DNA from: the human T2T-CHM13v2.0 reference genome, Homo sapiens | Assembly (NCBI RefSeq): GCF_009914755.1 | Contig: NC_060928.1 | Direction: 5' to 3' (one strand) | Length of the DNA stretch: 64,000 nucleotides | Program-made: the position numbers and the translations under genes | Part shown: one piece after another, positions 14,300 through 27,592 of the stretch | Layout: every line of letters begins with the position of its first letter | Position numbering within the stretch: position 1 is the stretch's first letter | Notes under the pieces: generated by a model | Told to the model about the DNA's origin: nothing | What the model saw: the letters and a program-made list of their open reading frames with translations, nothing else | Databases searched by the model: none

Positions 14300-14685
<386 letters not shown>

Positions 14686-16004
14686 TGAATACATGGAGGC
14701 AGCATTATGCAATGGCTTGTCATATCCATGCTAATAGAAACCTCAGCTAAGAGTCCTTCTGTGCAGCCAGATTATTAGAATACTCTTGGGGAAGACAGGT
14801 TACAAGTACAGTTTTTCAGTTTAGTTCTCTTAGACTTAAATTGTCCAACATCTGGAGAGCAGAGAGAGGCACTCACACATTTATACACATTCCTTTTGAG
14901 TGGATTGAAGGGAAGGTGGGCAGCCATTGCTTTGGGGGTCATCTTCCAGACAGCTGCCTGCTAGGGAGCCCTTTGCATTCGGCGATGCTGCTGCTGTTCA
15001 TTGTCTGGCCATGGGAGTAACAATTTTGGACATCATTGATGATGTCTGGAATTCTTTGGTGTCTAAGTGCATGGTAGTTTTTTTTTTCTTTGTGTTAGGC
15101 TGGTTTCAAAAATGGACTGTCACCATATTTTGTTGCTAGCACTTAACAGTGAGCTTTTAAGAGCCCTCTATGTCTTGAATTTTGGGCTCCATAGCCCACT
15201 TGTCCCAAAGTGAGTCATTTCTTTGAAAGAAAAATAAAAGGAGGAGGATTTTGCTTTGGTTTCTATTTCTGTTTTCATCTTGCTGCTTCAGCTTTTGCTG
15301 TAACAAAGGTTTATGTAAGCATCACAAAAAAGGCCCTATGGTCTTGCACAACATTTAATAAGCTCCTATAAAACATATAAATTATATGTATGCACAGTCT
15401 AAGAGTTTTTTAAAGACTGATTTCCCTTGCATTTTTCTTTTAAAAGAGATATTCAGAGTTATCCTGACAAAAATTAAATGACTGTGTGCATATTAGAATA
15501 CAAAATATATACCTAATTTATGTGTTTTACTCCTTACTCTTGTTATAAAATGCCTTGTTTTCTTGATTCCAAGATGCCATCAACTGCACTATCAATTACA
15601 GCAGTTTTACAAGAAATAAAAAGAAATGATTACAATGAACATATACATCAGCCATCCATAGTTGTCAGATGCATCTAAAATTCAATAAAATAAAATAAGA
15701 AAAAGTGAGTGTCTTAAACTTAAGGCCAAATGATATTTTTTTGGAAATGGAGAAATTGCCTCCATTCACATAGGAAGCCTTTAAGCCAGCTTTCTACACA
15801 AAGAAGCATTTAACGTAATACAGTTTTACTTCATGGAACACCGCCCTCTTTCCCCACAAATTCTACCCAGGTTATACCTTTTAATTATCTTAATTTTATT
15901 TTTTAAATGCATTTCCAAGTGAGAGGAGCCTGGGGCTTCAAATACCATTTTTCTAGCTCTTCTTTAAACCTATTTTGGCACCTACATATAAAATGATATT
16001 GACC

Positions 16005-16520
16005 CGATTCAGTGACATCACTGAAGACAAAGACGGTCACATTTTGGCGTTTGCGGCAAAAGGAGGCGGTGGGGTGCCAGCACGCCCACCGCCCGCCCAG
16101 GGCCAGAACACACCGCCAGTCACGCGCTGTGCGCAGCCCGGGAAGGGGGCAGTTTTCCAAGCCCGGTAGCGCCCCCACGCGGCAGGACGCCCAGGCGCGC
16201 GGAGACGCGACGGGCGCTGATCGCGGTCCCTCTTGTGTTCGCTCTCTCCACACTCAGGAGCACCAGCATGTTTGACATGCGGTGTGAGGAGGAGGCCGCG
16301 GTGCAGCCGCACAGCAGGGCCCGCCAGGAGCAGCTGCAGCTGATAAATAACCAGCTGAGGGAAGAGGACGACAAATGGCAAGATGTGAGTTCTGGCCAAG
16401 GCGCGCGGGCAGCGGGGAGGCTTCTGGCAGCAGAAAATCCAGCCGGGTGGGTAGACGTGGACTTGAAAGCCATGCGGGGAAAGGGAGCCCCTAGAGGGAT
16501 TCAAAAGGTGACACGGTAAA
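16005..16520. promoter_or_regulatory. Intragenic CpG island overlapping a coding exon
   Basis: Abrupt GC- and CpG-rich stretch (GCGCGCGG, CGCGACGGGCG) with GC boxes CCGCCC at about 16089-16098, in an otherwise AT-rich, CpG-depleted intron. Confidence 0.8.
16258..16384 (+). CDS. LIMCH1: Exon, 127 nt, phase 2-0 ([12 protein letters not shown]…DDKWQD), DUF4757 region
   Basis: ctctccacactcag| acceptor; GAT|gtgagt donor. Confidence 0.95.
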
Positions 16521-17109
16521 TGTGGGACTCAAAGGAAGGTGAGTAGCAGCGTGAAGGTATGGAGTGATGGCCCAGACATGTAATCAGCAAACACCCTGGC
16601 CAGAAGCTTGGTCACAAAAGAGGGGAGGGGAGGCAGGAAACTGGGATGGGTTGTAGAATTGAGGCTGCACTATCTTCTGAGGTTATATATTTCAAATTGA
16701 TCATGATGATGATGGTAGTAACGATAACAATGACCAACATCAAATGTGTACCAGTACCAGGCATTGTTCTAAGTACTTTGCATGCATTCATTTAATCCTC
16801 TTAGTAACTCAATGAACTAGCAACTCTTATTGTCCTCGATTCCACAGACGAATCCCAGCACAGCTGTCACTTGCTGAACGTCACATAGCTAGCGAGTGGG
16901 GGAGCCAGGATTAGAACCAGGGAAGGAAGGCTAAAGAGGCTGATGAGGGCTTTGAGATTGTGTGCTGAGAGCCAAAGCGGGGAGAGAGGAGGGAGAGTGG
17001 ATTATTTCATTTAATTCTCACAAAGCACTCTGGAGGTAGCTATTGCAAACTTGACTCCACCTTTAGTTTAAAAAGTTAACTTCTCCAAAGTTCATAAAAT
17101 ATAGTAACA

Positions 17110-17350
17110 ATTATGTCTAAAGTATCTTGAGCACTTACTATGTGCCTGGCACCTTACGTCTATTTTCACATTTAACCCTGCAAGCTTGTAAGAATAGGTG
17201 CTATTATCATCATTTTAGAGAGGAGGAAATGGAGGCACAGGGAGACTAAGAAACATGCCTGAGATTCCAAAGCATGGAAAAGACAGAGCTGGGATTATTT
17301 CCCACAGCTGCAACCCCAACCATCTGCCTCCAGAATCCTCACTCTTCATC
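17110..17350. mobile_element. MIR
   Basis: MIR core: GAGCACTTACTATGTGCCTGGCAC…ATTTTAGAGAGGAGGAAATGGAGGCACAG. Confidence 0.7.
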
Positions 17351-17880
17351 ATTATGCTATAACTACCTGTAGGATTGTGGTGAGGTTGTTGTAAGGATCA
17401 GATGAATTAATACATATAGAATCACCAGATCTAAAGACTCCAAAACAGTTTTTTTTCTGCCTTGACTGCCTTCCATGTGGAAACTGTAAATGAATCCCTA
17501 CTATTCTATTGTCAGCAAATCTGTTCACAATGCAGAGGTTATAAATAGGAAGGAATGAAGTTTCTTACAGTTACCTTGTGAGGCAATTCTCTGAAATTTG
17601 GCAACTGACATGAAATGTGATTGCATATTTCACACTGCCATATTTAAATAAATGTGCAGCCCTGCTATGGATACTGTAGATAATATCTGGATGTTTCTGC
17701 CTTTGAGGCATTCCAGTTCCAACCAGACTTACATTGGATTGTGTGGGAATGCACACGATGTTATAGTGCCTGGGCCCATAGTCAGTTCTCTAAAGAGTAG
17801 AAATGACTAAACTCTGAAGAATAGAAATGGAATTATGCACAAGTCTGAAGAAGAATATTATATCTTTCTTTCCCTGCCAG

Positions 17881-18038
17881 GACCTGGCTCGTTGGAAGAG
17901 TCGTAGAAGAAGTGTTTCTCAGGACTTAATCAAGAAAGAGGAAGAAAGGAAAAAAATGGAGAAGTTACTGGCTGGAGAAGATGGGACAAGTGAACGAAGG
18001 AAAAGCATCAAAACCTACAGAGAAATTGTTCAAGAAAA
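17881..18038 (+). CDS. LIMCH1: Exon, 158 nt, phase 0-2 ([10 protein letters not shown]…EIVQEK)
   Basis: tttctttccctgccag| acceptor; AA|gtgagt donor. Confidence 0.96.
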
Positions 18039-18242
18039 GTGAGTTCTTTCTGTTGTCGTTTTTAATGTACAATATTATCTAGGTGTTTTTTTTTTCTAAA
18101 AATTATTGGCTGTCACAAAGGTTCTGATAGTAACATTTTATATTCCCTGTACTATCTCTTCAGTGCTACCTTCGTTTCTACCAAGGTCTTCTTTGCAATT
18201 TTCATTAGTTGACTTTGTTATTGCTTCTCCCATGTCCTTTAG

Positions 18243-18651
18243 AGAGCGGAGAGAGAGAGAGCTGCATGAAGCATATAAGAACGCTCGGTCCCAGGAGGAG
18301 GCAGAGGGGATCCTTCAACAGTACATTGAGAGGTTCACCATCAGTGAGGCTGTTCTCGAACGCTTGGAGATGCCAAAAATTCTGGAAAGAAGCCATTCAA
18401 CAGAGCCAAATTTATCCTCCTTCCTGAATGACCCCAATCCCATGAAATACCTGCGGCAACAGTCACTGCCTCCACCCAAATTCACTGCCACTGTTGAAAC
18501 CACCATTGCTCGTGCCAGTGTTCTGGATACCAGCATGTCAGCAGGCAGTGGGTCTCCAAGCAAAACTGTCACTCCCAAAGCAGTGCCTATGCTGACACCC
18601 AAGCCTTACTCCCAGCCCAAAAATTCTCAAGATGTTCTGAAGACCTTTAAG
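18243..18651 (+). CDS. LIMCH1: Exon, 409 nt, phase 2-0 ([10 protein letters not shown]…QDVLKTFK)
   Basis: tcctttag| acceptor; AAG|gtagga donor; ORF 18106. Confidence 0.96.
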
Positions 18652-20414
18652 GTAGGACAAGTTCCTTAAGAGTAGAACCAAAGCTGAACTCCAGGGAGTG
18701 GATGGAAAGAAGCATCATGACTCAAGAAAATGTCATTCTTTTTACCATACAAAAGAAAAATGTGTTGACATTTACAGCTGTGAAAGTCATAGGTCTCTGG
18801 AGATTTGGTTTGTAAATGCTTCAGGGACAGCTGTTTCCCTCAACTGCTGTTGTTAATACAGATGGACTCCTATAAGACTGATAGTGGAGTCGTCTCCATG
18901 AGCAAGGTCTATTTTCTAGTTTGATATAATGGCATGATTTCTCTGTACTAGTGGTAAAAACCCTAATTTAGTAATACCCTAGTATTTCTAGGTATCAGGA
19001 GGTATGGCAGACTCCTCAAAACAAAATTTTATTTGCTTTTGGTTCAAATAGAAGTATATGCAGCTACCTCTCTTTTAGGAAGAAATTGGCATTCAGCATC
19101 CATTTGACATTGTAGCATCCAAAAAGATTTTACAATTGATAAAAATACAAGGAACACATGGGAACATGGGACATACTTGGTCCTCAAATGAGACAGGTTT
19201 TTTAAACAAGTGGAAAGAAACTGGGTTGTTTTGCTAATGAGTGTGTAAAATAGTGTTCCAGACTGAAGAACTTGTGGAAACCAAACATCTTTTCACTTCC
19301 TCAAATTCAAGTACTTTCTCTTATATCAGGAGGAAGCACTCATCCTTTGTCTTAAGTTCTTTTGACTTGTAAAGAAAAATCAGTTCCCCTTGTCCTTGCA
19401 CTCAATGAGTTTGTAATAAACAGAGGTGGAATGCATCACTTGGAGATGTGACCATTACATAGAAAAGTTTTCGTAACTGATTGAGCAGTGTGATGCCACG
19501 TAGCTTCCTTGCTGTATTTCAAAGAGAACAAAACCACACTTTCTGACTTTTGCTGAAATAACTCTGAATGTATCTCAAAAATCTCTATCTTAGGCTTTGA
19601 TAGAACAAAAATGTCCAGACTGTCTCATCTGGATCACATTGAGCTGTTTGTCCCCTTATAAGGGCAGGGGCCATGTCTCTGTCGTTCATGGCTTCATCCT
19701 GAGAGCCTGGCACAGGTGCCCAGGACAGAGTAGGCACTCAGCAAGTGCTCCTTAAATAAATAAGTGAATTTTTCCTGAGAAGATGAGCTACTAATCATAT
19801 GGACTCACACACACACAGATAGACACACACATGCTCATGTGTGCTCAGTGGTCCACCTAAGTGTTTCAGAAGCTTTCCTTCACCTAGGGCCTATGATAAT
19901 GAATGGCTATGGTATTTCCTGAAGGAAGATTCTATGTTGAGGTGGCCCAGAATAGGATAGAGAATACATTTATTTAACTGGATTTCCAAGGCATCTGACC
20001 AAACATTCTAGATGTCCACTTTCCCTCCTTTATCTAAATAGTGCAAAGTGATCGTTTAAACAGAAGGATTAGCATAAATGATTTTATGGCAGAACTTCAG
20101 CTCTGAGAAAACTCTGTTCTTCACCATGGCGGCAAAGTGGAGCAAGGTGGTATGGCGGCCTCAGGAAGCACTTCCATGGAGGGGGTTATTAGAGAATTTG
20201 AGCAGAGGCCCTCTTAGAGCTGGAGATTACTCCTCATCACTCACTAGTGGGGGTCCCCTGCCTCATTGTAGGCCTCACTGGCTAGTATTTCTACTGATGG
20301 CCTACAGTTCCATTACTGAGTGCATGGACAGCAACTTTGGTCAAAGGTCAAAGTAACATGCAAATCAGACCGTTGTTACCAGCTAATAATGCCAGGACAG
20401 AAGCTAAGGGGTAG

Positions 20415-20416
<2 letters not shown>

Positions 20417-20464
<48 letters not shown>
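20417..20464. repeat. (GT)n microsatellite, about 24 units
   Basis: Read directly from the sequence. Confidence 0.98.
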
Positions 20465-20465
<1 letters not shown>

Positions 20466-20877
20466 TTCTTGGAGGGCAGGGCAGGGAATACAGGCCCCGT
20501 TGTTTTTCCAGTACAACAGAATTAAGAATAAAGGAAGATCAAGAGAAATAGTTTAAGGCAGTGTTTTTCAAACTGAAAGTTACCACCCGTTGCTAGGTTA
20601 TAAAATCAGTTTAGTGGTTTGAAGCCAATATAAAAAAAAAAGAACTAGAATAGAATATAATAAAAAAACATAGTGTGTCACACAATGAAGGCAAAATTGC
20701 TTGGGGCAACTTCTGTTTCAGTTATATTTATGTGTGTGTGTGTGTGCTGAGTTGTGATTTAAATTTCTTTTTATGGGTAACAAATAATAGAGTAAAAAGA
20801 CCAGTGGCTTAAGGTAAATAAACTATAACTAATATCCAGCCTTCCATTATTTCTTTTAAAAGATTTTAAAAGGCCTA

Positions 20878-21216
<339 letters not shown>

Positions 21217-22156
21217 TTAAGCACTTAAAATGTGTCAGGTACTGTTCTAAATTCTGTACATTTGATAATCCATAAAATCTCCATAACAGCACTATGAGGA
21301 AGATACTGTTACTTTAAATTTTGCATCAGAGCACAGAGAATAGGAAACCTGTTGAAGATTCCATGCCTGTTAAATGGTAGAGCCAGGTTTCAATCAGGTC
21401 ACCTAACTGCACAGCTCCCTCTCAAAACCACTCTACTTTCTGCCTCAAATTTCAAGACCGAGATTTCCAGATGCCTTTCAGTAAGCCAGGCTAACCGCCC
21501 TCTCTGGTTTCCCTTTCTTGCTCCAACTGCCTCCCCTCGATGTGAGTGCAAAACAAAAATATTTTAATGTGCATGGTCTTTTTTTCTTTAAAAAATGGAG
21601 GTTATAAAAGTAACTAGAAATAGAGATTCACTGTAACAGAGCATAGTCTCAGATCCCTTGCCCTCTGCCTTAGCTTCAAAAAAAGTATCTGTTTCCCCTG
21701 CTACCACCATGGGATAAGCTGTAAAATATTCCTGATCTGTGGTAAGTTCCGCCTCATTTATATGCTATCCAGAAAAACAGTCAAGGTTGTGGAATAGCAA
21801 TCAGAACTGAAGTGAAACAGTATTGGAACCCCAATATGTGGCATGTATTTGTACTTAAGATTCTTCGGTTTTCTGTACTTTAAAATAAAAGCAGACCATA
21901 AATGAGGTGAACATGAAATGGAATCTATAGTGAAGTGGCCCAAGCAGGCCAACTACCTTTTAAGGAGGCCCTCAAAGATAGCATTTATAGAAGCCCTAAC
22001 TCATAGATCCCATCAGAACATTTAAGAGACCTCTTCCTTGATTGGACTCTGGTTATTAAATGATGATCTTTTGAGGTAATTCTGAACGTGTCGTTTTGTT
22101 ACAGTCTTTGATTGGGGTATATATAGCATGTTTTTTGTTCATTCTGGCTTTTATAG

Positions 22157-22372
22157 GTAGACGGGAAAGTCAGTGTGAATGGAGAGACGGTTCATAGAGA
22201 GGAGGAGAAGGAAAGAGAGTGTCCCACGGTGGCACCTGCCCACTCCTTAACCAAATCCCAGATGTTTGAAGGTGTGGCCAGAGTGCACGGGTCTCCACTG
22301 GAGCTGAAACAAGACAACGGTAGCATCGAGATCAACATAAAGAAGCCAAACTCTGTTCCCCAAGAGCTCGCA
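22157..22372 (+). CDS. LIMCH1: Exon, 216 nt, phase 0-0 ([10 protein letters not shown]…SVPQELA)
   Basis: cttttatag| acceptor; GCA|gtaaga donor. Confidence 0.95.
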
Positions 22373-22479
22373 GTAAGAACCAAACATTTCCCCGCCTCCC
22401 TTTGGGATAATTCCATGGTGAAAGAATCTGTTTTTAAAAATAAGTAGGTCATGATAATGACCATTTCTTTCTATGTTGG

Positions 22480-23247
<768 letters not shown>

Positions 23248-25890
23248 TTGGTATAATGGAAGGTATTACAATTTATGAGCCAGAAATTACTTTTTCTTGT
23301 CTCACTATTGGTGTCCAGTGTTATAGAAGAATAAGTAAATCTTTAAAATACCTTTTCCCCCCCTGTTTATTTAGGACCTCATTAGACTTGTTAATGCCAT
23401 TTGAAAATAACTGGTGCTATCAGAATCTAGCTTTCCATCCCCGGCGATGTATATATAAAAGGGCCTTTTTCTTATTAGTTAAAGAAACAAAAATTCATTT
23501 AAAAGCTGAAAGTAATGTAAAGCATCAGAGTACTATTGAATGGCAAAGCTAAAAAATGTATGCTAATTCAGGTACTGCAGAAAAGTGAACTCAAAATAAC
23601 ATGATATTTGTTTCTTTGGAGTAGAAGACATCATTGGGAAAATTGCACTTTCTTCCATCTCTCACCAGAAAGACTCATGCTGGTTTCACTAATCTAACCG
23701 AAACTGTCACTACACAGATGCAGCCCTGCTTTCGGGGTACGGGCTGGACTCTGTTCAACCTCATTTGTACTCACCAGAGGCTGAGTTTCTGCTGTTCTAA
23801 TTTATAGCATTTGGGTTTATATTATAGTTACAAGAAGGGAAAAACTATCAAGATATTTTCCCCCAGGACCTAGAAAGGTTTGGTGTGAAAGGAAACTTCT
23901 TCCGGCACCAAGGGAGCTGAGCGTTGTGTGACCCAGCTAGCTAAAACCCACCTAGAAGGCTGGATATCATTATTTTTTTCCTTTATGATTAGTCTTTTGA
24001 AGACTAAAATTATTTTTTTTTTCAGAGGAGTTGAGAAGATATAATTCTTCCACGCAGTACCCAAGTGCTCTGTGAAAGAGATTCAAATGGGAGTAGACCA
24101 AAATCATTTTCTCACCATGGTAACACGTTTCCTAGTCTCTAGGAGCAGAGTTTTGTGATCCAGGCCACTGCGGAGTCTCTCCTGAACTTGGACTTCCTGG
24201 ACTTCCATTTTACTTGTCATTTGCATACGTCTTACCTCTGCTAGAGATTTCTTGCAGATGATCACGAGACAGAATATTGAGTTCTGCTAGCAGTGTGAGA
24301 ACTTAACTGATAGAGTAAACATTAACTTATGCTGTTAAAATTAAACTAGAAGACCCCAAATTAATTAGACATAGGGGTGGCATTGCTTTTCAGGGACAAT
24401 TAATAATTCTGTTCTTATTTCTCTTTTGCCATTTTTCATGATGATCGTTTTCTAAATTCCCTTCATTAAAAAGATTTCACATTGATTACATATCCCCCAA
24501 AGTAACTTGTTTTAAGAGAAGCAAAATTACACGATCTGAAAGAAACTATGCTATTTCAAAAGTTTATACATGATCACATGGAGAAGGATGGCCTTCAGGA
24601 CTTTCTTCCTAGAAACCAGCCTGATCCTGGTTGCCTAAGGATGCAGGTCTAAACTCAGAAAAGCCTGGGAGTCTTTTCCTTTTGTGTATTTCTTCCTTGG
24701 AGAAATTGCCTAGTTCAGAGTAATTTCTAGGTCAGTGAACCCTAATGTTTCTGAACAGGTAGTAGTATTTATGGACCCTGTCTATAGTACTTTAGGCTTT
24801 TGAATCAACTATGGCAGGGGGTATTGCATTACTTTCTGTGTGGGAAAATCTCTGTATATATCTGTCAGACTATAAGCTAAGTTGTTAGCTGTACTACATA
24901 GGACTGTGGCTCATTACTCAAATACTCATCATACTCACATGCAACTTAGGATACCACAAGTTTTCCATTCAGAGTGTGTTATCCCAAGAGTCATTTTAAA
25001 AGAATCACTTCTCCAGTAAACCTACTCCCCATTTTACTTCTTTGTGCATGATTCCAAGCAAAGCATTTCTTGACTGTGTTACAGCCGGTATACTCCTGTT
25101 AAAAAAAAAAAAAAAGGAATTAATTGGTCATGGCAAAATATGGTGACCAGCTTAGAACAGGAGGCTGCACTTCAGGGCCTCCCAGAGACTGACACCAGCT
25201 TGGACTTCATTTTCTGTTTCTAATTCACTTGCCTGATTCTGTGGGGCTGTCAAAAGATTAGTGTTCTTCTTTTTAAATAGTGTCTTTCTTCCAAAAACTG
25301 CATTCCCAACAGATACACTCTCTACAGAGGAGTAGCTTCACCCACCACTAAAATGTCACAATTCCTTTAGGGTGAGCTAGAACTGTTCAAAGGGCACAGC
25401 AGCAGCAGTAGGCAGGAGCATGAATTCAGGAATGGAGGGAGAACAACAGAGAAGGGCGGCCCGAGACCTGCTGGGGGAAGGGATTGCGTGTGGAGCGTCA
25501 GCATCTGGGCCCGGGACGGGCACTATGGATGACATCATATCATCTCTTTGGTTTCCTTCTACCTCATCTTTCTCATTTGAAACTCTTGGGACTGTCACTC
25601 TCTTACTTTAGAACTAGGTCCTAAATTAAGTTAGGAATTTTAAAAAATGCTTTGTCTGTACCTCCTCATGCCAGATAATTCCCAGTCATCTTCAGTTGAA
25701 TCACCTTTATGGTAATAAGATTGTGATAGCAGTTACCTTGCAGATGGGCACGTGTTAATTGGTAAATATGAATTAAGGACCTACCCTATTACCTGTTTTT
25801 TGAAATAGAAGAATAAACTTCTAAACTTGGTAGGAAAAAAATGTTCATAAAGCCACTAGAAAAGTATATAGAACAACGTAGAATTAAATA

Positions 25891-26304
25891 CAGAGGGACT
25901 CATGACTTAGGATGGTTCACCTTACCATTTTTCAATCCTATGATTGTGCAAAGGCAATATATGTTAAATAGCAACTGTGCTTCGAATTTTGAATTTTGAT
26001 CTTTTCCTGGGCTAGTAATATGCAGTAGGACACTCTCATGATGCTGGGCATGGTTGTGAGTGAGCCGCAGCTCCCAGTCAGCCACGAGATCACGAGGGTA
26101 AACAACCGATACTCTATAGTGCACTGAATCTCCAGATGATTTTGCCCAACCGCGAATGTAAGCGTTCTGAGCATGTTTAAGGTAGGTTAGGCTAAACTAT
26201 GATGTTTGGTAAGTTGGGTGTATTCAGTACATCTTTGACTTAACGATGTTTTCAATTTACAATGGGTTTATCAGAATGTAACCTTGTAAGTCATGGAACG
26301 TCTG
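25891..26304. mobile_element. MER47-family (Tigger-derived) MITE, MER47B-like
   Basis: TA-flanked CAG…CTG termini; internal GAGCCGCAGCTCCCAGTCAGCCACGAGATCACGAGGGTAAACAACCGATAC. Confidence 0.82.
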
Positions 26305-27442
26305 TACTAGATGGTGGAGTAAGAAAACCAGAGGAATATACGATTGCAAAGAACAGGCAAGATCTTCATAGGCTGAGTTTAGTCTGGGAAGGTTTTGTGT
26401 GGGATGTGGATTTTGAAACTTGACAGTAAGTGTGGGATTTGTGTTGAAGTGGAGGAGGGGCTATTCTACACACCAGAAAGGGCAGAATCAAAGGCATGGA
26501 CAATGGTGAGGAGCCCACCAGAGGACCCCAAGAAGGATAAGAGGTGATGAGGGTGCTGTATATTCTAGGCAGAGGGATCAGGTCCTCCTGTGGCCACCCA
26601 ATCCCTTTGCCCCCAATTATCCCTGAGATATTTCAGGGGTTTTGTTCATTTCAGCATCTCTGTTAAAGGCCCAGTGGAAACCTCACACTTTTTTTTCATT
26701 TAAAAATACTGGCTTCTGTAAGAAAATCATGTTATAGCACACAAGCAGACTCCTAGAATATAGGACTGTAAAAGAATTTAGAAGGTCTTCTAATCTGAGG
26801 GCTAATATATCCTATGTTTAGTGGCCTACAGAAAGATATTTTTATGTATGTCTCCCCCAAAGCTATTCCAGTGTTGTCTTGATTCACTGTCAGTTATATT
26901 TGTATCTGAAGCTCTTCTTTCCTCAATGGCACCAAAATGACCCTTTTCGAAAATAACCAAAAAATACTTCATACACTATATCAAAGGTCAGACTCCACCT
27001 GAACGTCAAACTGTCTAAGCCTCAATTTATATTTAAAAAGAAGTATAATAATAGCATAGACATCAGATGGTTATTGTGAGAATTCATGTCTGTAGAGCAC
27101 TTAGCATACTGTCAGGGTGACTCAGAGACCACAGGTGCCACTCAGCTATCTTTAATATTGTCATGCAACAAGTGGGAGTAAGGAAGTTATAATATTTAAT
27201 ACATTTTTCAGAGGCCCAAAAAGGCAATCAGTATGAAGTTTTTTGGATTAAAGTAAGTTGGTCAAAATTAGCATCTTGAACAGACGTGAATTTCATACAA
27301 ATGAGATGAATTGCTTTTAATCTTCTAACTCAACTTGTTGTTCCAATTGTAATTCTCTAAAAAACATACAGATGTGGACAGCTTTTTCTAGAAGACAGTT
27401 GTCCTTGCAGACACTTACATGATTCTTCCTGCAGCTCTTTTT

Positions 27443-27592
27443 TTTTTCGTCTTTCCCCCCACCTTTTGTAGAGAATGGGGTCTCACTATATCACCCAAGC
27501 AGGTCTCTAGCAATTCTCCGGGGCTCAAGGGATACTCTCACCTCTTCCTCCCTAAGTGCTGGGATTATAGGCATGAGCCACCATGCCTGGCC
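27443..27592 (-). mobile_element. Free Alu monomer (FLAM-like)
   Basis: Single Alu left arm with an 18-bp TSD CTTCCTGCAGCTCTTTTT (27425-27442 and 27593-27610). Confidence 0.88.

Noticed and set aside
14927-15139. ORF with strong Kozak GCCATGG (MGVTILDIIDD…) as a possible alternative first exon
   Set aside because: The candidate donors are phase 0 and weak, whereas the next exon needs phase 2; no promoter evidence.
15903-16519. Several overlapping ORFs on both strands
   Set aside because: Explained by stop-codon scarcity in the CpG island; only the 127-nt exon is supported.
17539-17548. MEF2-like TTATAAATAG
   Set aside because: A single AT-rich motif is expected by chance in this composition.
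18039-18242. 204-nt intron (multiple of 3) as in-frame retention
   Set aside because: An in-frame TGA follows immediately after the donor (AAG TGA).
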